Shown: piece after piece, positions 17,652 through 24,236 of the stretch
Layout: the number at the start of each line of letters is the position of its first letter
Position numbering within the stretch: position 1 is the first letter of the stretch
Source of the DNA: Acutalibacteraceae bacterium
Lineage (GTDB): Bacteria > Bacillota > Clostridia > Oscillospirales > Acutalibacteraceae
Length of the DNA: 45,786 nt
Direction: 5' to 3'
Assembly (NCBI GenBank): GCA_045643925.1
Contig: JAZRFZ010000038.1
Coordinates: 1-45,786, forward strand
Notes under the pieces: generated by a model
Seen by the model: the letters and a program-made list of their open reading frames with translations, nothing else
The model's database searches: none
Told to the model about the DNA's origin: nothing
Program-made: the position numbers and the translations under genes

Positions 17652-17680
17652 ATACTACTCCCACAAAATTCATTTGTCAA
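17652..17680 (-). promoter_or_regulatory. Candidate sigma-A promoter of the aromatic operon
   Basis: Minus strand reads TTGACA (17675-17680), a 17-nt spacer, then TAGTAT (17652-17657). Confidence 0.5.
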
Positions 17681-17699
17681 GAGAATTAGCAAAACTTTT

Positions 17700-18104
17700 T
17701 CAGTTTTTTTCTGCTTTTTCTACAATTTCAGCAAAACCGTAGATAAGAGCGGAAACAAACCTTGCAAGAATGACAAGAATGATAAACATTGTCACTATGG
17801 GCAATGCAAGTAAGGCTAGCATCTGTGTGCCCAGGTTAATTGCAAGAAGCACTGTTAAAGCACCTGTTATACCCACAGCAACGAAAACATTTATTACAAA
17901 AACGAGAACAGAAAATCTCTTGAGTGAAGCAGCACAGTTACGAAAGAACTTAAAATCAATAGCCTTTGCCGCTACCGCTTCAGACTTTTTGTCGGGTGTA
18001 GACGCTACTTCATCACTTGTATAAAATGCCGCATCCTCTACACCTGATATATTCTCGGGAATCTCTGTCTGAGGCTCCTGTGTGTTCAAAAAATCTTTTT
18101 CCAT
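17700..18104 (-). CDS. Hypothetical membrane protein (acidic N-terminus, two C-terminal TM helices)
   Basis: AAGGAGAA SD 5 nt before ATG 18104. Hydrophobic stretches VLVFVINVFVAVGITGALTVLLAI and LALLALPIVTMFIILVILARFV. No recognisable family. Confidence 0.55.
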   Translation of the reverse strand: MEKDFLNTQEPQTEIPENISGVEDAAFYTSDEVASTPDKKSEAVAAKAIDFKFFRNCAASLKRFSVLVFVINVFVAVGITGALTVLLAINLGTQMLALLALPIVTMFIILVILARFVSALIYGFAEIVEKAEKN

Positions 18105-18118
18105 TATATTTCTCCTTA

Positions 18119-18910
18119 TTAATACCAACCATCGTCAGCAGGCTTTGAGGGAAGAAGCTCAATACCCTGGTTTGCGGGATTTGTTGTAAGCAAGGGTTTG
18201 GTTGTTTTAGGTGCAGTTGTTGTCTTATTTTCAGAAGAACCACCTGTTGCACCCTGTGAACCTGTTGTGGGCACTGCCTGTGCCTTGGTTGTAGTCTTGT
18301 TTGTTGTTTTGTCTGTATTGGAAGTCTCGCCAATTGTGTTGTCTGTATATGACTGAACAATACTATCAGGAATAGTTGCGCCTTCATCACCAAAAGTTTC
18401 TTTAAGCTGGAGCTTGCCGTCAACCCATTCGTAGGTTGATACCTTTTCAGCACCGTTGTAAAAATACTTTGAAAGAACAAGCTGCTCATAAGGGTCAACT
18501 GAAATGTTCTTAAGCGCAGAAAGTGATGCAGAGAAGTCAAACTTGTTATCTGTAGCATTATAAAGCCAACAATAATAACTGATAACATTGTCAACCTTGC
18601 TAACAGCAAGATAGAGATCAAGGTTGCCGTCAAAGTTCATATCGATAAACTCATAATGCTCTTTTGCATATTCTAAATCAAAGACATAACCAATGCCTGT
18701 GGGATAAGAAAGCTCCTGAAAAACAGCGTCACCTTTTTTGACAACTGCCTTTGCCTCAGTAACATCAAGGCTATACTCACCGTCTGCAACGGGTGCCTGT
18801 GTAGTAGACTGAGTTGTTATGTCACCCTCATTTTTACCGCAAGCAGCAAAAACAGTAATGAGCAAAGCAACTGAAAGAATAACAGCACAAATAGAAATTA
18901 TCTTTTTCAT
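18119..18910 (-). CDS. Hypothetical lipoprotein with DxNxDGxxD calcium-loop-like motif and Thr-rich linker
   Basis: Signal peptide plus lipobox (LITVFAAC-GK). FIDMNFDGNLDLY matches the FG-GAP/VCBS-type DxNxDGxxD loop. There is a Thr/Lys-rich low-complexity segment, then C-terminal ...KPADDGWY. GGAGGA SD before ATG 18910. Confidence 0.6.
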   Translation of the reverse strand: MKKIISICAVILSVALLITVFAACGKNEGDITTQSTTQAPVADGEYSLDVTEAKAVVKKGDAVFQELSYPTGIGYVFDLEYAKEHYEFIDMNFDGNLDLYLAVSKVDNVISYYCWLYNATDNKFDFSASLSALKNISVDPYEQLVLSKYFYNGAEKVSTYEWVDGKLQLKETFGDEGATIPDSIVQSYTDNTIGETSNTDKTTNKTTTKAQAVPTTGSQGATGGSSENKTTTAPKTTKPLLTTNPANQGIELLPSKPADDGWY

Positions 18911-18922
18911 AATATCCTCCAA

Positions 18923-19531
18923 TTAAAAAATTACATTTTCATCATTGAGCGCTTTTTCGAGAGCATCATAATCACGGGTGTCAAAGACAAAGCCCTTCAT
19001 TCCACAGGCTTTAGCGCCGACTATGTTCTGCTCCATATCGTCAATAAAGAAGCACTCCTCGGCCTCAAGTGAGAATTTGTCACAAAAAGCCTCGTAAATT
19101 GCGGCATCGGGCTTCAAAAGTTTGTACAATGCCGAAATGAACATCCCATCCATATACTTAAACGCAGGAATGTTGTGGTACTCGTCAAAGACGCGTGGTG
19201 TGGCATTTGACAGCAGGTATATTTTGTAACCTGCTTTTTTCAGACGAGCAATAAACCTTTCGGTTTCCGCTATGGGTGGCATATATGGATAGAAATTATT
19301 TATCATTTCACCGAGCAACGGACGAAGCTCCTCGGGATAGCGTGGCAAAAGACGTTCCTTCGCTTCATCAGGGCGCATAAGACCTGCATCCATAAGACGC
19401 CATTCCTTACCATAGAAGACATTTTTCACAATATCCTCACAGTATTCCTCAGGGAAATGCTCTTTTATGGTACGGCGGACATTCAAATCAATAAGCACAC
19501 CGCCCATATCAAACACAATATTTTTCACCAT
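18923..19531 (-). CDS. HAD-superfamily hydrolase (subfamily IA, YihX-like motif I)
   Basis: Motif I is IVFDMGGVLID (the DxGxV variant seen in YihX-type phosphatases), and LLSNAT is a motif II-like region. The start is either 19531 (GGTGAT SD) or 19546. Confidence 0.75.
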   Translation of the reverse strand: MVKNIVFDMGGVLIDLNVRRTIKEHFPEEYCEDIVKNVFYGKEWRLMDAGLMRPDEAKERLLPRYPEELRPLLGEMINNFYPYMPPIAETERFIARLKKAGYKIYLLSNATPRVFDEYHNIPAFKYMDGMFISALYKLLKPDAAIYEAFCDKFSLEAEECFFIDDMEQNIVGAKACGMKGFVFDTRDYDALEKALNDENVIF

Positions 19532-19667
19532 TTTAAGAATCACCATAAAACATTATAACATTTTATATATTTTTTTCAATAATTATATAAAAATTTTTAT
19601 TTTTCCCTTTTTATTCCAAATGATGTGTGATATAATTATCCCAAATTTGATGGTAAGGGTGATACGG

Positions 19668-20396
19668 ATGATTATCAAAACATTTAAAACAGCGGAGGAA
19701 ATCGGCGTTGCAGTTGCCGAAATTTTTACAAACCAGGTAAAAAACAAGCCCGACAGTGTATTGGGTCTTGCCACAGGTGCAACCCCCATTCCTACATACG
19801 ACAACATTATCAAGAACTTCAACGAGGGCGGTTTTTCATTCAAGGATGTTAAAACTTATAACCTTGATGAATACTGCAACCTCCCCAAAGAGGACAAAAA
19901 CAGCTACTATACATTTATGCACAAGCAGTTGTTTGACAGCCTTGACATTCTCGAGGAAAATGTTCATTTCCTTGATGGTAATGCGGTTGACACAGAGGCA
20001 GAATGCAAACGCTATGATGATGAAATCAATGCAACAGGTGGCATCGACATCCAGCTTCTCGGTATCGGTAACAATGCTCACATAGGCTTCAACGAACCTG
20101 CAGATGAATTCACAAACGGTTCATTCAAGGTAACTCTCACACAGAGCACTATTGATGCAAACAAAATCTACTTTGACGAAAACCCCATGCCCACTCACGC
20201 TCTTACAATGGGCATCAAGCAGATTATGTCTGCAAAGCAGGTTATCCTCATTGCAACAGGTCCCAAGAAGGCGGAAGCTATCAAGAATATGATTGAAGGT
20301 CCTGTAACTCCTCAGGTTCCTGCCTCAATTCTTCAGGAGCATGACGATGTGCTTATCTTCCTCGACGAGGATGCAGCTTCACTCCTCAGCAAATAA
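19668..20396 (+). CDS. nagB: Glucosamine-6-phosphate deaminase
   Basis: 242-aa NagB. Motifs include LGLATGATP, NLDEY and DIQLLGIGNNAHIGFNEP. The ORF-track N-terminal extension (19467) is AT-rich junk. ATG 19668 has an AAGGGTGAT SD. Confidence 0.92.
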   Translation: MIIKTFKTAEEIGVAVAEIFTNQVKNKPDSVLGLATGATPIPTYDNIIKNFNEGGFSFKDVKTYNLDEYCNLPKEDKNSYYTFMHKQLFDSLDILEENVHFLDGNAVDTEAECKRYDDEINATGGIDIQLLGIGNNAHIGFNEPADEFTNGSFKVTLTQSTIDANKIYFDENPMPTHALTMGIKQIMSAKQVILIATGPKKAEAIKNMIEGPVTPQVPASILQEHDDVLIFLDEDAASLLSK

Positions 20397-20405
20397 CATT
20401 AAATC

Positions 20406-20441
20406 AAAAAGTGGTTTTCTCAACAGAGAAAGCCACTTTTT
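20406..20441. terminator. Bidirectional terminator between convergent nagB and the lipoprotein gene
   Basis: AAAAA-GTGGTTTTCTC-AACA-GAGAAAGCCAC-TTTTT: an 11-bp stem with one G-U pair, with A and T runs on either side. Confidence 0.75.
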
Positions 20442-20935
20442 CAATTTATTATTATGTTATAAGCCGTTGTTTCACCTTGACTGTACACTTCAAGTGTTAC
20501 AAAAGAATCATTAACCGTCCGTTTAATGTAGGCGCAATTCTTCCTTTCATCGTAACCTTCAGTTATTACCCTCCCCTCAAAACTATCAAAAAAATCTTTT
20601 AGCACAATAGGCAAGTAATCTGTTGGCAGAACTTGACATTTATATGATTTTGATAACCCTTCATAGGAAAGTGTGCATTTATCACCATCACACACATAGG
20701 AAAAACCATCAGGGAATTCATCATTACCGCAAAAATCAACTCTTACAATTCCGTCTTTATACAAAATCTCACATTTATAAATAAATTGCCTGTACTCAAT
20801 TTGTACAGGCAATTTACTATTTAAATCAACTTCCGAGACCCGTTTATGATGGGTGGTTTTACCACATGAACAAAAAAGGAACGATAAAAAAAGCACCGGT
20901 AAAACAAGCAGAATTGATTTTTTAACTGTTACCAC
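20441..20935 (-). CDS. Hypothetical lipoprotein
   Basis: Signal peptide with lipobox LFCSC-GK. No recognisable domain. AT-rich codon usage. GTG start overlapping the end of nnrD by 14 nt. Confidence 0.55.
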   Translation of the reverse strand: MVTVKKSILLVLPVLFLSFLFCSCGKTTHHKRVSEVDLNSKLPVQIEYRQFIYKCEILYKDGIVRVDFCGNDEFPDGFSYVCDGDKCTLSYEGLSKSYKCQVLPTDYLPIVLKDFFDSFEGRVITEGYDERKNCAYIKRTVNDSFVTLEVYSQGETTAYNIIIN

Positions 20936-21818
20936 TCTTTTCGATAGTATAATAGGCTTCGCCTAATTTCAGAGCACAATCAGAGGGCAAAACCGAATAC
21001 TCTGACTGACCATTCACAGCAATATCAGAAGAAAGTCCGTGGACGAATGCACCCATTACGGCACTACGGAACACATCACCATCCATAGCAGGTGTAAGAC
21101 CTGCTATGATACCTGTAAGCAAATCACCTGACCCACCCTTAGCAAGAGCAGAATTACCTGTGGTATTTACATAAAGTTCGTCACCCATATCGTTACAGAT
21201 AAGTGTCCTGTGACCTTTAAGAAGAACATATATATTATATTTTTTACAAAAGTCGGAGATAACCTTTTTTCGATTTTTTTCAATATAATCAACACTCTCA
21301 CCTATAAGTCGGCTCATTTCCCCGGGATGAGGTGTAAGAAGCACCTTGGCAGTTGCTTTTTTGAGAATTTCGGGGATTTGTGCAATACAGTTAAGTGCAT
21401 CTGCATCAACTATAACAGGCTTATTGTCACATTCAAGTAAGGTTGTTGTAATAAGACTCTGAGCAAAACCAACACCCATACCGCAACCTACGGCAACAAC
21501 ATCCGCCTTCTCAATGGCAGGAAGAAGTATTTCCATCGCAAGGTGGCTGATATACCCCCTGTCGTCTGTAGGCAAAGGCATAAAAAGACACTCTGTCAGA
21601 CGGCTTGTCAGTGAAGTATAAAGCACATCCGGAAATGCAACTGTTACAAGCCCTGCCCCGCTTCGCAATGCACCCTGTGCCGCAAGAGCACAGCAACCAA
21701 CCATATTTTTACTGCCACATATAAGGAGTACGTTACCGTATGTCCCCTTGTGAGAGTCCTGCACCCTTTTGGGTAAAAGGCGGTTTGCAGATGTTAAATC
21801 AAGTGATTTTTCTGTCAT
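20922..21818 (-). CDS. nnrD: ADP-dependent NAD(P)H-hydrate dehydratase (YjeF C-terminal type, stand-alone)
   Basis: HKGTYGNVLLICGS, LTPHPGE and GGSGDLLTG motifs of the carbohydrate-kinase-like Nnr dehydratase domain. There is no N-terminal epimerase domain. Confidence 0.88.
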   Translation of the reverse strand: MTEKSLDLTSANRLLPKRVQDSHKGTYGNVLLICGSKNMVGCCALAAQGALRSGAGLVTVAFPDVLYTSLTSRLTECLFMPLPTDDRGYISHLAMEILLPAIEKADVVAVGCGMGVGFAQSLITTTLLECDNKPVIVDADALNCIAQIPEILKKATAKVLLTPHPGEMSRLIGESVDYIEKNRKKVISDFCKKYNIYVLLKGHRTLICNDMGDELYVNTTGNSALAKGGSGDLLTGIIAGLTPAMDGDVFRSAVMGAFVHGLSSDIAVNGQSEYSVLPSDCALKLGEAYYTIEKSGNS

Positions 21819-21867
21819 AAAACCAACTCCGTATCAATATACGGATATATTAACACAAAATATTCTC

Positions 21868-22149
21868 TTAAGCAACAAGAACGTCCTGAAGTGATGAGTT
21901 TGCACCCTTGTTAAGGTTTGAAAGCATTTCATCATACTCTGCATTGTGATATGTAGGTCTACTTACCTTTTTAATCTTAGGCTGTTTCTTTTCACGAACT
22001 GTATAATAAACTGCCTTTAAAAAAGCTTTTACATATTTTGCTACCTTACGCTCAAATTTCGCAATATCCTTTTCACGGTAAATAGCATAAGCACCAACAA
22101 GAATAAGTGCTACCTCTGCAAATAATTTAAGTATTGCTAATGTTGTCAT
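21868..22149 (-). CDS. Small single-pass membrane protein with strongly basic cytoplasmic region (93 aa)
   Basis: GGAGG SD 7 nt before ATG 22149. TM helix TTLAILKLFAEVALILVGAYAIY is followed by a Lys/Arg-rich segment (REKDIAKFERKVAKYVKAFLK...KKQPKIKKVSRP). No recognisable family. Confidence 0.6.
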   Translation of the reverse strand: MTTLAILKLFAEVALILVGAYAIYREKDIAKFERKVAKYVKAFLKAVYYTVREKKQPKIKKVSRPTYHNAEYDEMLSNLNKGANSSLQDVLVA

Positions 22150-22160
22150 AAATATACCTC

Positions 22161-22234
22161 CGAACATTTAACGAACATTTGTTTTTGTGATTTAATTATA
22201 CCACGTATTCGACAGAAGTCAACACAAATGTTCT
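22161..22234 (-). promoter_or_regulatory. Near-consensus promoter flanked by LexA(Cheo)-like inverted repeats, with a 0A box in the spacer
   Basis: Minus strand reads TTGACT (22217-22222), a 16-nt spacer, then TGG-TATAAT (-10 at 22195-22200). A-tracts lie upstream (22233-22254). CGAACATTTGTTTT (22172-22185) and its inverted copy AGAACATTTGTGTT (22221-22234) are 12/14 identical. An extra CGAACATTT sits at 22161. TGTCGAA is at 22208-22214. Confidence 0.55.
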
Positions 22235-22316
22235 AACTTTTTTCGTTTTTTAGTCCCTTATTTGGGTCTTTGTGACGTTTTTCGAGTGTTTTTACACCAA
22301 TTTTATATAAATTCAT

Positions 22317-22365
22317 CGAACAAACACCTTGTGATAACCGAACAAAATATGCACAAAACCGAACA
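22317..22365 (+). repeat. Three phased direct CGAACA repeats (putative operator half-sites)
   Basis: CGAACA starts at 22317, 22339 and 22360, a spacing of 22 and 21 bp. The last two are embedded in AACCGAACA. Confidence 0.5.
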
Positions 22366-22404
22366 TTCCTTCTTTTGAAAATCAAATAAATCTTGTCAAA
22401 AAAA

Positions 22405-22433
22405 TTGCAAATAACTATTTATCTTTTTATAAT
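22405..22433 (+). promoter_or_regulatory. Candidate sigma-A promoter for obg
   Basis: TTGCAA (22405-22410), a 17-nt spacer, then TATAAT (22428-22433). It is 65 nt upstream of the obg ATG. Confidence 0.55.
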
Positions 22434-22498
22434 AATATAGTATAATACGATAGATAATGAGTAAATATGCTATATTCCAGATAACGAGGTAATTAAAA

Positions 22499-23770
22499 AT
22501 GTTTGTTGATAAAGCAAAAATACGAATAATCGCAGGTAACGGTGGCAACGGCGCTGTTGCTTTCCACCGCGAGAAATATGTTGCTGCAGGTGGTCCCGAC
22601 GGCGGTGACGGCGGCAGAGGCGGCAATATTGTTTTTGTGGTAGATGACAACATCTCCACCCTTGCAGACTTCCGTTACAAACGAAAATATAAAGCATCTA
22701 ACGGTGAAAACGGCAGAGGCTCCAACTGTAATGGTAAAAAGGGCGAAGACCTCATCATCAAAGTACCGCGCGGCACTGTTATCAAAGAGGTTGAGACAGG
22801 CTTTGTAATGGCGGATATGAGCGTTGACGAAACCTTTGTTGCTGCCAAAGGCGGTAAAGGTGGTTGGGGTAACTCTCACTTTAAAACTGCTACAAGACAA
22901 GTCCCCCGTTTCGCTAAAGATGGCGCTCCCGGTGAGGATTGGGAAGTAACCCTTGAGCTTAAGCTTCTTGCAGACGTTGGTTTAATCGGTTTCCCCAATG
23001 TTGGTAAATCTACACTTATATCAGTTGTAAGTGAGGCAAAGCCCATTATTGCTGACTACCACTTCACCACCCTTATCCCCGTACCCGGTGTTGTAAGAAT
23101 GGGACCTGAAAGCAGTTTCGTTATGGCTGATATTCCAGGTATTATCGAGGGTGCAAGTGATGGTGTCGGTCTTGGTCACGAATTCCTTCGTCATATTGAA
23201 CGTTGCCGACTTCTTGTGCACGTTGTTGACGTTGCAGGTAGTGAGGGCAGAGACCCTATCGAGGACTTCGAGGCAATCAACAGCGAGCTTTTCAAATACA
23301 ACGAGGAGCTTAGCCGATATCCGCAGATTGTTGCAGGTAACAAAATTGACCTTGCAACAGACGAGCAGAGAGAGGCTTTCAAAAACTATATATGCGACAA
23401 GGGTCTTGAATATTACGAGATTATTGCTCCCATTGCAGAGGGTACACAGGAGCTTATAAATGCAGTTGCCCGTGAACTCCAGAAGCTGCCCCCTGTAAAG
23501 ATTTATGAAAAACAGGAAATCACTCCAAAAGAGATATTCAAAAATGCAAAGCAGGATTACAAAATCCGTGTTGAGGATGATGTATTTATTGTTGAGGCAG
23601 AATGGCTTGGTAAGATACTTATGAAAACCGACCTCAATGACTATTCATCACTTCAGTATTTCCAGAATGTGTTACACACAAGCGGTATTATCCAGTCACT
23701 TATTGACCACGGCATTACCGAGGGTGATACAGTAAGCATTTATGATTTGGAGTTTGACTATGTGCCTTAA
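22499..23770 (+). CDS. obg: GTPase Obg/CgtA
   Basis: Glycine-rich Obg fold at the N-terminus (MFVDKAKIRIIAGNGGNGAVAFHREKY, GGPDGGDGGRGG). GTPase domain ([25 protein letters not shown]). C-terminal OCT domain. Confidence 0.95.
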   Translation: MFVDKAKIRIIAGNGGNGAVAFHREKYVAAGGPDGGDGGRGGNIVFVVDDNISTLADFRYKRKYKASNGENGRGSNCNGKKGEDLIIKVPRGTVIKEVETGFVMADMSVDETFVAAKGGKGGWGNSHFKTATRQVPRFAKDGAPGEDWEVTLELKLLADVGLIGFPNVGKSTLISVVSEAKPIIADYHFTTLIPVPGVVRMGPESSFVMADIPGIIEGASDGVGLGHEFLRHIERCRLLVHVVDVAGSEGRDPIEDFEAINSELFKYNEELSRYPQIVAGNKIDLATDEQREAFKNYICDKGLEYYEIIAPIAEGTQELINAVARELQKLPPVKIYEKQEITPKEIFKNAKQDYKIRVEDDVFIVEAEWLGKILMKTDLNDYSSLQYFQNVLHTSGIIQSLIDHGITEGDTVSIYDLEFDYVP

Positions 23771-24209
23771 TGAACTGAATATTTTAAACGATATATGCAC
23801 ACCACTGACTGAACCGCAGGCACGAATGTACAGTCCCTTGACGCTTGCATTTTTAGGTGATGCGGTTTACAGCCTTATGGTACGCGATATGCTGACAAAA
23901 CAAGCCAACAAGCCTACAGGCAAACTCCACAAAGAGTCCATAAAGCTTGTAAATGCCGCATTTCAGGCAGAAATGATAAGAGAACTACTCCCTCATTTGA
24001 CCGAGGACGAAACCGCTGTTTTTAAGCGTGGCAGAAATGCTCACAGTGCTCACTCACCCAAAAATCAGAGTGAGGCAGACTATCGCTACGCGACAGGGTT
24101 TGAAGCCTTGTTCGGCTACTTATATCTGTGCGGTCAGACCGACAGACTCAAGGAGCTTTTCAACTTAAGCACACTTAAGTCATTCACAGAAAGCAATACT
24201 GAAAAATAA
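23760..24209 (+). CDS. mrnC: Mini-ribonuclease 3 (Mini-III)
   Basis: LAFLGDAVYSLMVRDML RNase III-like signature and about 150 aa. ATG 23760 has a TGGAG SD 7 nt upstream. The alternative ATG 23742 has none. Confidence 0.85.
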   Translation: MCLNELNILNDICTPLTEPQARMYSPLTLAFLGDAVYSLMVRDMLTKQANKPTGKLHKESIKLVNAAFQAEMIRELLPHLTEDETAVFKRGRNAHSAHSPKNQSEADYRYATGFEALFGYLYLCGQTDRLKELFNLSTLKSFTESNTEK

Positions 24210-24236
24210 GAGATATTTTGGAAAGGAAACATTAAA

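Noticed and set aside
22236-22316. A 27-codon minus-strand ORF (MNLYKIGVKTLEKRHKDPNKGLKNEKS) with an AAGGTG SD 8 nt upstream, in the obg / small-TM intergenic region.
   Set aside because: It is very short and hydrophilic, and it overlaps the A-tract UP-like region. I found no convincing promoter: TTGACA at 22392-22397 lacks a usable -10. It cannot be supported without conservation or Ribo-seq data.
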